Source of the DNA: Azolla caroliniana
Taxonomy: Eukaryota > Plantae > Polypodiophyta
Reading direction: 5' to 3'
DNA length: 64,000 nucleotides
Assembly: GCA_043228905.1 (NCBI GenBank)
Contig: JBHGNT010000010.1
Coordinates: forward strand, 20,026,001 to 20,090,000
Program-made: the position numbers and the translations under genes
Shown here: positions 36,033 through 49,417 of the stretch, piece after piece
How the letters are laid out: every line of letters starts with the position of its first letter
How positions within the stretch are numbered: the first letter of the stretch is position 1
Notes under the pieces: model-generated
The model's input: the letters and a program-made list of their open reading frames with translations, nothing else
Told to the model about the DNA's origin: nothing
Database searches by the model: none

Positions 36033-39000
36033 ACGTGCATGCTCCCAAGAACCTCCGAACCTTCGTGACCGAGCTACAGTCGTGCTTCATCGCGGAGATG
36101 GCTTCTACCTTAGCCGGAGACGGTTTTTGGCCATACGACCCGCATAGGTGTCCGACGACCATGATCTCTGATTGCCCGAAGGCTGATTTTCCCCTGGAGA
36201 AGGTGAGCCTCACGCCCTCTAACCTCTGCGGCACCTTTTCGCAGTCATCGATGTGCGTCACCACGAATTTACGGCATCCGTCCGGTCCGATCATCTCGTC
36301 CTTTTCCTCCACCGGGCATCCCCTGATTGGGATGTCGTCCAAAAACGGCATGGTGTTGTCCGGGATACAATCCCTCCGCACCTTGTTCATTGCGTTCACC
36401 ATGTGAGCCACCGAGTTCGTCCCTCCTTGCGGTAGGGTACACATCCATACTAGGCCGAGAGGAGTTCGCATTGTCGTGATGTCTCTGCTCTCTATGGCTA
36501 GCTGGAACTGGTCGTACCCCGAGTAGAGATCACCGACCGAGTAAATCGACCTTCCGGCGAAGGCCTCCGCGAACTCGTCTATTGTCGGTCCGATTCCTGC
36601 ATTTCGAATGGTCACCTTGTTGACCAGCTGCAGGTCTTGAATAAAGCGCAGCGTGCCATCCTTCTTCGGCATGGTAAACCACCGATTCGAGTATGGGGCA
36701 CTCGACGGTTCAAGGATGCCCATTTCGACCTTCTGCTTTAACAACTCCATCAGCTTCGGGATGTGAGCTCTGGGTACTGGAATCGGTTTGAGACTCCACG
36801 GCACATGCAGTACCGTGAATATCACCATCGGTTCCACGACTGTCGGGTCTACGCACCCGATCTCCTCCGGTGAGAATGCGAAAGCCTTCTTGTGCCTTCC
36901 GAGCATTCCCCGAAAACGGTCCTCTTCCGCCAGCAGTAGGAAGCCGCCCCCACCGATTTTGAGCTCACGTAGCGTTATGTCGGTGAACGTGTGTCCTATG
37001 CGGGCCGAATTTCGTAAACTCGGGTCCGACGCAACCCCCTTTATTCGCAACTCGCTGCCCTCCGGCAAGGGAGCCGCGACTGGCCTCACCTTCTGGTCCA
37101 CAGTCTTGTACCTCGTGTCCACCCGTGCCGTCCAATTCGACTCGAGCCCTCTACTGAAGTTCGCGATGACTTCGTACATCCTTTCCGAACATACCGGAAT
37201 CGTCCGGTCCTCTTTAAGGACTCTTCCAACTACCTCTCGCAACTCCCCCAAGGTATCGTCGAAAGAGACCGCCTCCACGGCTCCGTTGATTTCCTCTCCA
37301 GGGCCGAGGATACCACATGCCCGAAGTCGCTCCTCCGCCCTTTTCTTCTTCCGGCCAACGACGTCGACTATCGTACACCCTCCGCTGTCAAAGAACCAAA
37401 ATTTCCTACCTATAGTACAGGTCTTCTTCGCTATCGTACACTTGTGGGAGTTTTCCGGAGTGTCCGGACTATCGCGGCCCCACGCCTTGATAACCCTCTC
37501 TAAAAATCCTCTCGGCTTTCACCCCCGAGGGTCTCGCGGTTCCGCTCATGGTTCGGTCTCACCGTCAGGATTTGGACCGAGTGACGCCCATCGTGACTCT
37601 TGACCCTTGCATAGGCCGAGCCGTTGTCCAACACCTTGGTCTTCATCCGTGCTGTCGTGATGTACGGTTCTCCTGGTATAACCGGATGTGAGGATGTCTC
37701 TTGCACGAAGAAGCGCTGGTCAATCTCGACATCGCCGATCTTTACTCGTACATTCGGGCAGGCTCCATGCAGTTCTTCGGTGGCACGTATCGCTGCCCGT
37801 ATTTTCCACCCGTGCTTGGTGTTGATCGGCCATTTTCCCTTCTTGTAGAAGTTCATGGACATCAAATTGATTTCTGAACCGTGGTCCACCAATGCCACCA
37901 CCGGTTCATGAACATCTCCGATCTTCACAGGGGTCTCCTTGGTCGCTCTGGCCCAGTGCGGCCTCGAATAGTGGCTCTCCACAAACTCGTCTTCCAGAGC
38001 CCTGTCCTCTATGTGCGTCCTCCGCACCTCCACCGGCTTCTCCGGTTCTGTCTCCATCGACAACCTCTTCCTCTTCACCAAGTCTACGATGGAGTCGTGG
38101 AACTCCTTCTTGGCGATCTCGAGCACTTCCCTCAGCGACAGTTCCACCTTGCTATCGAGGATTCGTTCTTCCAGGACCTTTCGCAGGTCCGTGGATCTTT
38201 CGATTTCTATGCCCAGCCGGTACCCGCCCCTCTTGGAATTATCCTGGCCGCCGGTTACACCGGCCTCATTCCGCCTTTGCCCGAATCGAGTTTCATATCG
38301 TTGCGAAGGCCCGGCCCCTCCGGTTTTCCCTACCTGCTTGTCCTCCACCAGAGCCTCATAGTTTTGACAAGCGGCTTCGACGAAGCCCGTCTTTTCTTCC
38401 ACCGGGTCACTCCACCCGGTTACCTCCCGGACCTGTTTTTCCACGCGGTCCGCCTCTTCTTTCCTTAGTCGTGCGTCGGCGAGGCCTTCTAGCACCGTCG
38501 GCCAGAACCCGGCTTTGTTCGTCTTCGGGGCCTCACCACCTCCGACCCGAATACCAGCTGACGCCGAGTAGTGGACGGTCTCCGCGTGGCGAGCCGCCGC
38601 CTCCTCCATCAGCCTTTTCATACCTCCTCGCCCGACATTCAAGTCCAGGGCCCTTCGGGTCTCGCTGGCGTGCACCCAACCGTTCCATAGGTACACCGCG
38701 TTGCTTCTCATCGCCTCGGCGAAGTCCCCGCAATCCTTCCGGATATGGCCAACCGTGTCACACCACATGCACCTGTTCCCAGCCAGAGGTCGTCGGTCAC
38801 GGGCCTGTTCGCCACCATCCCTCCGTGCCTGGGCGATCTGGAGATCCTTTACCATCCGCGTCAGTTCTTCCAGAGTTGCTCCCCCGAACGAGCCCTTGAC
38901 CATGTCGGTCGAAGCCGATACGGTCTCGAGCCAATCTCGGGTCTCTTCCCTTCGCGTTGGCAGTGTTGGCTTGAGCTTCCTTGCTGCGACAGAGCCCGCA

Positions 39001-39626
39001 CCTATCGATCCTTTGTCAACCCATTCCCGCCGTTTGTCGAAACGGCCACAGACCCTCTTCACCACGGCCTAGTCGGCCGTCAGCCCGTCATCAGTTTCCA
39101 ATAGGAGGCCTACTTGCTCCCGATCCCACTCGTCAACTGACTTAACAAACAATAGGACACGACTTGTCTCCAGAATGGTCCGGTCAAGCACCGAGAGGCG
39201 CGCGAAGCGTTCCTCAAACTCCCGGAGGAGCACCGACGCGTTCCTTCCTTTATCGGGGGTCTCCACCCACTCCATGAAGTCCCGCTTCGAAAGTCAAAGC
39301 GCATCTTCAAGCCCGTATTTTTCGAGGAGCCGACCTTCAAACTCCTCCCAGGTCCGGCTCTCGGCCCGTACCTCGAGCACCTCCGTATGGATGCTCGGCA
39401 TCGCCACTCGAGGGAATACGGCTACACACCTCTCTTCAGGAATTTCCCTCATTACCATCTCAGCCCGGTAGGACGCCAAGTAGCTCGTGGCATCCTTCCC
39501 ACTAAATCGGTCGATCGTACCGACAACTGCCTCGATAGCCCTATCAAGGGCGTCGGTGCCTTTGCGCGCACTCACTATACGGTCCACAGCCGAAGCCATG
39601 GCTTCTACGAGGTCTGACCCCCTCAT
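36033..39626 (-). pseudogene. gag-PR and RT of element Y
   Basis: ORFs 39294-39626, 39069-39275, 37500-39065 and 36025-37278 separated by point stops. Confidence 0.9.
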
Positions 39627-40332
39627 CTTCTACTCCTCTGCCGCCGTTCACGTCGGGTTCACCAAAAGATGTCGCGTTGTTACGCGCGTGCGTGGAGAAC
39701 AAGGCGGGACCACTGGGGTCTTGGACCGAGGAATAGGTGAGAAAAGGGAGAGAGAGAGAGAGAGACACGCTCACACACGTATAGACAAAGAAGCGCAAGG
39801 GAACGCAGCCAACAACACAGGAGACACGAGTTGAGCAGGAGATAGAGTATAAGAACACTAGTGTATGTATATAAATATATGCATGTATTTGTATGTACGT
39901 AGACGACTCGAACGGTTACAGCCGATCAGGTCGGCGAGATGGATGCCGACGCCTGATCACCCACGCACACAGGGGAGCAAGATGGAGATTCTGCCGGAAG
40001 CACACGGGCGTTCCACGGAGCACAATCAGCCTCTCGAGAACCTGCACGAAAAAAATGCTATGGAGAACGACAGAGAAGAAGAGCCCCCCAGTCCGACCGC
40101 ACTCCCCCTCTTTATAGCTCAAGGAGGGAGGCCGTTTCACCCGTTTACATCACATTAATTCTCTGTCCTTTCGGACAGAGATTCTCCTCGATTCTCCCTA
40201 TAGACTATTGCTACCTAGGATTCGGCCTTTGTGCCTACTATCTACTATACAACAAGGGGCGTGCCCACGTGTAAGGGCCGGTTCACACGCGCTATACACG
40301 GTTTGCGCCTGGGGACGGTTTTCTTCACGATA

Positions 40333-40822
40333 GCGCGTAAACCGGCCCCTACACGGATGGACCCGTGACTGGATACTTTGTACGCGAACCGGTGGATGTG
40401 ACTACTAAGCCACACGCATTTATTAGAGGGGATTGTGCGTATCCCAAAGGGGGACAGGGAATAAAAAGGAAGAGGAGAAAGAAAGAGGGGATCACGCGCG
40501 AGGGGGAAGGAAAAAGCGTTGTTGTAGAAGGGAAGCCGAGCTCTCTCTCTACTCCTCGAGCCGTCATTCTTTGTGGGTCCGTCGCCGCCTGTGGGAGTGT
40601 GCTGCCTCTGCTTCGTGGACAGCCCGTGTGTTTCCAGCAGAGTCGCTCCCTTTTCCCTTTGTTTCTTGGAGTCGGGTGACTGTCGTCGGTGTGCATGAGT
40701 AGGGTCCCCGTGTCGGGTCCATCGCTGCCTCGTCGGTTGTAACTGTTAGGGTTTGTAATCTCTTGTCATTATAATCAATTGTTGCGATTCTATCTCTTTC
40801 CTTCTCGCTTTTCGTGTCGGTG

Positions 40823-40878
<56 letters not shown>

Positions 40879-41977
40879 CTCGGTCCAAGACCCCCGTGGT
40901 CCCGCCCCTTTCCACACGTACGTGCATAATAACGCGACATCTTTGGTGAACCCGATGTGAAAGGGCGGCAAAGGAGTTGAAAGATGAGGGGATCAGAGCT
41001 TGCAGAGGCAATGGCGGTGACCATCGACCGGCTGGTGAGCGCTCGTGAGGGAACGGGTGCCCTCGACAGAGCCATTGAATCGATCATCGGCTCTATAGAC
41101 CGTTTCGGAGGGAAAGACGCCACAAGTTATGTGGAGGCTTACCAGGCCAAAATGATCATGAGGGATATCCCGGTGGACAGGCGGCTATCCGAATTCCCTC
41201 GGGTGGTGACGTCGGGCATCCATGCGGAGGTGCTCGAGGTGCAGGCCAGATGCGAGACTTGGGAGGAGTTCGAGCTGCAGCTCCTCGAGAAGTACGGGTT
41301 TCACGACTCGCTCCGGTTGTCGAGGCGGGACTTCATGGCGTGGGTGGAAAGCCCCGGAAAAGGGAGGAACACGTCGGTGCTCTTCCAGGAATTCGAAAAC
41401 GGTTCGCGTGGCTGTTGACGTTGGACCGGACGGTGCTCGAAACAAGTCCAGTACTGTTGTTTGTCAAGTCGGTGGATGCGCTTGATAGGGAAAACGTGGG
41501 GCCCCTATTGGAAACGGACAAAGGGCTCACGACGGACTGGGCCGTGGTAAAACGGGTCTGCAGCCAGTTCGACAAATGGCGCGATTGGAGCGAAGGAAGC
41601 ACGTTGGAGTCGGGGTCGGTCCCGGGGAGGAGGCTCGAGGAGCTGGTTTCGGTGCCGGCTAGGAGGAAGGAAAAGACCCGAATCTGGTCGGAGTCGGGGT
41701 CAGCATCGAACGACGTGGTCAGAGGCCCATCCGGAGGAGCGGCTCTGGAGGAGCTAACACAGATGGTGCGCGACCTGCAGATCACACAGGCCCGAAGAGA
41801 CAGCGGTGAACAACCTCGCGACCGGAGGCCGCCGGCTGGGCAGCGGTGCATGTGGTGTGACGTGATCGGTCACATTCAGAAGGACTGCGCGGATTTCGCC
41901 GACGCGCTTAGGACCAACGTGGTGTACCTCTAGAACGGGCGGGTGCACGGGAGCGAGACCCGAAGAGCCCTGGAACT
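40333..41977 (+). mobile_element. Gypsy subtype W, 5' part (partial LTR to 40939, PBS, gag 40984-41977)
   Basis: LTR end GCGACA, PBS, MRGSELAEAMA..., CMWCDVIGHIQKDC; (CT)n tract at 40825-40874. Confidence 0.9.
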
Positions 41978-42518
41978 TGTTGAGAGACAAGCTCAACATC
42001 GGCCGGATCGGCTGAAGAAGCCGAGGACCAGATCGGTTGGGACCGATCGGTTAGGCTGAATGCGTAAACCGGTACGTAGACCGGTGCGTAGGTAGGGCCG
42101 GATCGGTGCGTAAACCGGGAGGCCGTTAGGAAAGATATTCCGTGAGGAATATATTTGGGAGTTAGTGTAGGAGCTCTTAATGAGCATTGAAGTACTGTCA
42201 GTACTTCAGTCAGTCCTTCTAGGACTTGTATATAAAAGTGTTCATTGAACACACATATGTAGAGTGTGTGGTAAATAGAGATTGAGTGTTTTTGTTGAAT
42301 ATAGTTCTTGTGTTTTCTCTCTCACTCTCTCTGTCTCTCCCGAGTATACTGCGTAAGCTCAAACTCTCCATTAAACCTGAGTTTTCTTCCTTCTGTTCGG
42401 TCTTCATACTTGCTTCCGCACATTACTTTTTACATGGTATCAGAGCGCGAGGGTTGAGAACCTCTCTGCAGCCGACACAACTTGACGAAGAAGAACAAGA
42501 AGAACGAAGGATAGAGGC

Positions 42519-43845
42519 ATGGCGAGCTCGCTTCCAACAGAGAAGCTCGAGAGAACCAACTACGCGTCTTGGTCCTACAAGATGCACCAGTACCTGCTCG
42601 GGCACGACTACTGGAGTTATGTCGAAGGAGCTAATGACGCGGCACCCGAATCGACACACAGAGACTTCCCATCGTGGGAGCAATCGGCGAGCAGGGTATT
42701 ATACTGCTTCGCGTCGTGTGTGGGCGAACAGCTATTGAGCTATGTTCAGGATGCAAAGACGCCGAAGGGTGCGTGGGAAAATCTGAAGAAGATTTTCGCC
42801 GCGAGCACCACAGCCAGGAAGCTTCAGCTCCGACAGGAGTTGAGCAACCTACGACAACGCGACTTGTCGGTGGCGGACTATACCTCGAAGATCAAGGATA
42901 TCTGCGACTCCCTCACCTCTATAGAGGTGAACATCGAGGAGAGCGAGATGGTCTAGATCTGTCTCAGAGGTTTGGCATCGAAGTTCGGAGCGTTACCAAA
43001 CGGCTGTGTGCACCCGGGAGAATACGTCGTCCTTCTTCAACTTACAGTCAATGCTCCTGGTAGAGCAGAACCACGCGGGTGCGTCTACAAGCACGCACAC
43101 CAACAGCAGAATGTTGTACACGAAGGGAGATAGGCCCCGTGCACGTGGAGGATGAGGCGAGTCGGCGTGCAATGGAGGAGGCCGACGAGACCAAGGAAGA
43201 AGGCAACGAAGTGATGCCGACAGCAACTCCAGACCCTCCGGAAACAGGGAGAGTCAAAGCGATGAGAACCGGCAAGGGAAGGCCATCGCGGAGTGCTGGT
43301 ACTGTGGCAAGAAAGGCCACAAGGAAAGTGAGTGCTGGAAGAAGCGCGCCGATTCGGAGAGAACCGGTTCCGGAAACGGCTCCGGACATACCGACAAGGG
43401 AAATCAGCAGCGATCGCACTACGCCAAAGACTCCGGGAGAGCCGGAGAAGGGTCTACCTTCGTGACGAGACACGAAGCAAACTCAATAAAACAGACCACC
43501 GCGAGATCGGACGAGGTGTAGTACGTAGACTCCGGCGTGTCAAACCACATGACGAGCAATAAGGAGTGGTTCTCGTACCTTGAAAAACCGATACAACCTG
43601 GAGTAGTCGCAACTGGAGATGACACTCCGCATCTGATCGCGAATGTCGGAGAAGTTCCCCTTAGCCATGTCGGGCAGAAAGGGAAACTCATGAACGTGCT
43701 GCACGTTCCGACAATCACGAAGAACTTGGTCTCGGTCGGACAGATCGTCGACCAAGGGATGGAGGTTTGGTTTACACACCTCAGGTGCTTCATTGAGAAA
43801 GAAGGTCGTGTGATTGCGCAAGGGCGCAGAGACGAGAGGATGTTC
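42519..43845 (+). pseudogene. Copia-1 gag-protease, disrupted
   Basis: KLERTNYASW, CWYCGKKGHKESEC knuckle, YVDSGVSNHM; several stops. Confidence 0.9.
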
Positions 43846-43908
43846 TGTTGGGATTTCGGTCCCTCCGGATGGGATGTCCGGAGATGAATGACGGCAAGCC
43901 CGAAGGCT

Positions 43909-44093
43909 GTTACGGAACCGGATGATGAAGAGTACCCGGCATGAAGCCGGATGAAGAGTACCCGGCTACGGAGCCGGATGCTGAAGACCCCGGTTACGGA
44001 ACCGGATGATGAAGAGTACCCGGCATGAAGCCGGATGAAGAGTACCCGGCTACGGAGCCGGATGCTGAAGACCCCGGTTACGGAGCCGGATGA
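43909..44093 (+). repeat. U3 tandem repeat, 84-bp period x2.2 with CCGGATGA-type subrepeats (also in the 3' LTR from about 48751)
   Basis: GTTACGGA starts at 43909, 43993 and 44077. Confidence 0.92.
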
Positions 44094-44604
44094 CGTATGT
44101 ACCCGGAGAGAGATCCAGATGCGGGGACATATTTGTGAATATGTTTGCCAAGGGCCCTTGAGGCTATATTTGTAAATAGCCCGAAAGTCATATGTGTATA
44201 AATATGACTTAGGGCAAACAGTTTGTTGTTGTTGCTCATTTTTATGTTTTCAGCCGAGAGAGAGCAAAGTGAGAGCAGCCGAGAGAGAGAGAGAGAGAGA
44301 GAGGAAGGAAGAGGTCGACGCCTCTGTGTAATACCGCCGCCTGTGGCGAAGGCAGTGAGCTCAAGGTTGTTGCCTTGTAGCTTCACCATTGTACATCTCT
44401 GTGTATAGTGATAGTTGGAGTTTGAGGACTCCCGTGGTTTTTTCCATTTAGGGTTTTCCACGAAAAACATCCTGTGTACTCTTCTCTCTATTGTCTTCGT
44501 GCATTTCGTGTATTTCCCGTTTTCTATGAATCGATCCTATTCCTCGGTTGTGGCCGAGCACTGTTGTTCAACAAAGTGGTATCAGAGCGACGGTAACACA
44601 GAAA

Positions 44605-47600
44605 ATGGAAGGCGGCGGTAGTGGGCCTCCGGGCATGATGGTGTTGAACTCACAGAACTACGCCGACTGGAAGATAAAGATGGAAGACCTTCTCATCGTC
44701 CGAGACCTGTACGAACCGATCGACAATGCCGAGATACCCAAGGGAGTAATAGAGTCGGAGTGGAAGCTCCTGAACCGGAAAGCCGTAGCGACGATCCGGC
44801 AATATGTCGATGTAAGCGTCCTACAACATGTGGCGAACGACACCAACGCATATGAGATGTGGAAGAAGCTGTCGGGCCTCTACGAGAGGAAGAATGCGTT
44901 GAACCGGACCTCCCTGATGAGGAAGATAGTGAACCTCAAGTACCGGGACGACGAGAATATGGTGGAACATGTGAGCACGTTCATGGGATTCGTGAACCAG
45001 CTTGCGGCGATCAAGTTCCCGTTGGAGGATGCAATGCAAGCCATCATTCTGATGTGTACATTGCCGGAAAGCTGGGAGAACTTGGTGGTGACTCTCAGCA
45101 CCTCCTGCACCGAAGATAACTTGTCTCTACAAACGGTAAAGACAAGCATTCTGAACGAAGAAGCGCGTCGGAGAGATAAAGAACCGGTTTCCGATCCGAA
45201 GATGCTGCTTACCGAATCGGATCGGGGAAGACAATGGAACCGGAGTCCGCAAAGACGGGAGAAGTCGGGGACCCGGTCGCAGTCAAGAGGAAGGCCCACA
45301 TGCTTCCACTGTGGGAAGCCGGGGCACTTCCGGAAGAATTGTCGGCATTACCGAAAGGACAACGGAGCCGACGACACCGATTCGAAGAAGTCACCGGAGA
45401 GAAACGGTGCATACCGGGGAGCCACGGACCGGAGAGGTCCGGATCGGCGAGGGCAGGACCGGAAAGGAACGACGGCACTCGCGGCAAGTGAAGAAGAGAT
45501 AATGCTCATTACCGAAGAGAGGGAGCTGAACCTTGCCGGTGTAGAGATGACCTGGGTGGTCGATTCCGGAGCGTCGTTCCACCTGACCCCGGAGAAGAAA
45601 TACTTCTCATCCTACACAGCCGGTGAGCATGGCTGTGTCCGGATGGGAAATGAAGGCACATGCCGGATTGCCGGCATAGGAGACGTGTGGCTGCTGACAT
45701 CAACCGGATGCAAGATGCTGCTGAAGGATGTACGACATGTTCCGGAGGTCCGATTGAACCTGATTTCGGCCGGGAGGCTAGACGATGAAGGCTACACGGG
45801 CAGCATCCGGAACGGTGTCATGAAGTTCAGCAAAGGGAGCCTGATTGTGGCTCGGGCCCGGAAGGTCAACACACTATACCTGATGAATTCCCGGCTATGT
45901 CCGGAGGAGCTGAACGTGGCAGCCGATACTGCCGGTGAGCTGTGGCACAAGAGACTGTGTCACATGAGTGAGAAGGGGATGAAGAGGCTTGCAGAAGACA
46001 ACCTTATTCTAGTGAAGCACGTGCACCTGGAGAAGTGCACCGATTGCCTGGCTGGTAAGCAGAACCGAACCTCCTTCCACTCAAGGCCACCGACGAGACG
46101 TAGTGTACCATTGGAGTTGGTGCACACTGATGTGTGTCAGGTAGAAACGAAGTAACATGGCGGAGCCCAATACTTCGTAACATTCATAGATGACCATAGC
46201 CGGAACCTGTGGACGGCACCGTTGAAGACAAAGGACCAAGTATTGTCCGTCTTCAAAGAACTCCACGCGAGAGTGGAAAGGGAATCCGGCAAGAAGCTGA
46301 AAGCGATACGAGCGGATAACGGAGGGGAATACCGGGGGCAGTTCACGGAGTACTGTCGCTCGAAGGGAATCCGGCTTGAGTTTACCGTGCCGAAGACGCC
46401 GGAACTGAACGGGCTGGCCGAGAGGATGAACCGGACCATAATGGAGAGGGTCCGGAGTATGCTAGCACATGCGAAATTACCCAAGGGATTTTGGGCTGAG
46501 GCAATGTCGACGGCGACGTATGTGATAAATAGATCACCCTCAGTACCTTTGGACGGAGACACGCCGCAGAAAGTGTGGACCGGTAAGGAAGTATCCTACC
46601 GGCATCTGAAGGTGTTCGGATGTCTCGCATACGTGCATGTGGCAAAGTACCGGAGAGGAAAGTTAGATCCAAAGACCCGGCCATGCATATTCCTCGGATA
46701 CGGCGACGACGAGTTCGGCTACCGAGTATGGGACCCGGTCGACAAGAAGATATTCAGGAGTCGAGATATAGTCTTCATGGAGGACAAGACACTCGCCGAC
46801 TGGGAGTCGGAGAAGAAGATGAAGAGCTCCAAGTCGACCGGTGAGGATCAACTCTACGAGGAGCAGTCCCGACCGGCAAGGGACCGGTTAGCACTCGAGG
46901 ATCCGGCCGAAGACGGTGAAGAAACAGAACCGGCCGAAGAAGATGAAAATGATACCGGAACCGGCCCCGATCCCGAAATGGATTCGGATGAAGAAGAATC
47001 GGAAGAACCGGTTACCGAAGCTCCGGAACGGAGATATCCTCTAAGAGAGAGAAGGGCCCCCCGGAGATTTCCGGAACCAGAGCACGTGCTGCTAACCGAC
47101 GAGGGGGAGCCGGAGAGCTTTGAAGAAGCAAAGCATGACACCCATAGCCGCAGGTGGTTAAGTGCCATGCAGGAGGAGATGGATTCCCTGCATGAGAACC
47201 ACACATATGAACTTGTGGAGTTGCCGAAAGGAAAACGGGCACTCCGTAACAAGTGGGTGTTCAAGCTGAAACCGGGAGATGCCGGAAACCCCCCGAGATA
47301 CAAAGCCAGGATCGTGGTGAAGGGGTTCCAGCAGAAGAAGGGCGTCGACTTCGACGAGATATTTGCCCCGGTAGTGAAGATGACCTCTATCCGGACGGTG
47401 CTGAGCATAGCGGCAAGCATGGATCTCGAGGTAGAACAGATGGACGTGAAGATGGCATTCCTTCATGGTGACCTCGAAGAAGAGATATACATGCAGCAAC
47501 CGGAAGGATTCGAGAAAAAAGAGAAGGAGCACTTGGTATGCCGGTTGAAGAAGAGCCTTTATGGTTTGAAGCAGGCTCCCCGGCAGTGGTACCGAAAGTT

Positions 47601-48678
47601 TGACTCCTTCATGACCGATGAAGGGTACTGCAAAACGCAGTCCGACCACTGCGTGTTTGTGAAGAAGTTCGACGGAGGAGACTTTCTAATACTCCTCCTA
47701 TACGTGGACGACATGTTGATCGTCGGACGGGACCAGATCAAGATACGGATGCTGAAGAAGGCTCTTCACCGAACCTTCTCAATGAAGGACCTGGGTCCGG
47801 CGAGGCAAATACTAGGGATGCACATCATCCGGGACCGGAGAAAGAAGCAGTTGTGGCTGTCACAGGAGAAGTACGTGACAAAGGTGCTTAAACGGTTCAA
47901 CATGTCGGAAGCAAGACCGGTCGGATCGACCCTCCCGGCAAACTGTAAGCTGTCCAACAAGCAAAGTCCCAAGACAAAGGCTGAAAAGGAGGATATGATG
48001 AAAGTGCCATATGCCTCAGCCATCGGGAGCTTGATGTACGCCATGGTGTGTACGAGACCGGACATAGGATATGCAGTCGGAGTGGTGAGCCGGTACATGA
48101 GCAACCCTGGCAAAGAGCACTGGAACGCGGTCAAGTGGATACTCCGATACCTGAAGGGCACGGCAAACGTGTGCCTCCGATTCGGCTCCGGTAAGCCCGA
48201 ACTTGACGGTTTTACCGATTCGGATATGTCGGCTGATGCAGATACCAGCCGGTCTACATCCGGGTATGTGATGACCTATGCAGGGGGAGTTGTTTCATGG
48301 CAGTCGAGGCTGCAGAAGACAGTTGCGTTGTCAACCACGGAGGCGGAGTACATGGCGGCTGTTGAAGCCGGCAAGGAAATAATATGGATGAAGGACTTCA
48401 TTAGAGAGCTCGGTATCCAGCAGGAGGAGTACCGACTCTACTGCGACAGTCAGAGTGCCATCCACCTTGCGAAGAACGCGGCCTATCACTCCCGGACGAA
48501 GCACATCTAGCGTAGATACCACTGGATCCGGAAAAGGATAGAAGACAAGGAGTTCGTGCTGACGAAGATCCACACAGACGAGAACGGGTCGGATATGCTG
48601 ACCAAGGTGCTCACACCCGACAAGCTGGAAGCATGCCGGAAGAGGATCGGGTTGGAGAGACATCCCATGCCGAAGTGA
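44605..48678 (+). pseudogene. pol: Copia-2 gag-pol polyprotein with two in-frame stops (46153, 48508)
   Basis: CFHCGKPGHFRKNC, VDSGAS, LWHKRLCHMS, ADNGGEY, YVDD, TKHI. Confidence 0.95.
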
Positions 48679-49417
48679 AGGGGGAGTTTGTTGGGATTTC
48701 GGTCCCTCCGGATGGGATGTCCGGAGATGAATGACGGCAAGCCCGAAGGCTGTTACGGAACCGGATGATGAAGAGTACCCGGCATGAAGCCGGATGAAGA
48801 GTACCCGGCTACGGAGCCGGATGCTGAAGACCCCGGTTACGGAACCGGATGATGAAGAGTACCCGGCATGAAGCCGGATGAAGAGTACCCGGCTACGGAG
48901 CCGGATGCTGAAGACCCCGGTTACGGAGCCGGATGACGTATGTACCCGGAGAGAGATCCAGATGCGGGGACATATTTGTGAATATGTTTGCCAAGGGCCC
49001 TTGAGGCTATATTTGTAAATAGCCCGAAAGTCATATGTGTATAAATATGACTTAGGGCAAACAGTTTGTTGTTGTTGCTCATTTTTTATGTTTTCAGCCG
49101 AGAGAGAGCAAAGTGAGAGCAGCCGAGAGAGAGAGAGAGAGAGAGAGGAAGGAAGAGGTCGACGCCTCTGTGTAATACCGCCGCCTGTGGCGAAGGCAGT
49201 GAGCTCAAGGTTGTTGCCTTGTAGCTTCACCATTGTACATCTCTGTGTATAGTGATAGTTGGAGTTTGAGGACTCCCGTGGTTTTTTCCATTTAGGGTTT
49301 TCCACGAAAAACATCCTGTGTACTCTTCTCTCTATTGTCTTCGTGCATTTCGTGTATTTCCCGTTTTCTGTGAATCGATCCTATTCCTCGGTTGTGGCCG
49401 AGCACTGTTGTTCAACA

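Larger units (their letters stand above)
17004..40332 (-). mobile_element. Gypsy subtype Y host element, fragmented by nested insertions (pieces 17004-17764, 24712-24873, about 28240-28638, 36033-40332)
   Basis: 5' LTR 39670-40332 matches the 3' LTR stub 17004-17069; coding pieces are collinear across the inserts. Confidence 0.75.
43846..49417 (+). mobile_element. Ty1/copia element 2 (Tnt1/Tto1 Tork-like), young, 5-bp TSD TGTTC
   Basis: LTRs 43846-44573 and 48689-49417 differ by about 1 substitution plus 1 indel; Met PBS at 44577; TGTTC at 43841 and 49418. Confidence 0.97.

Noticed and set aside
40825-40874. (CT)n and (GT)n tracts
   Set aside because: Ordinary microsatellites within LTRs
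43909-44093. Spaced repeats resembling a CRISPR array
   Set aside because: No unique spacers and no cas genes; lies in U3 of both copia LTRs
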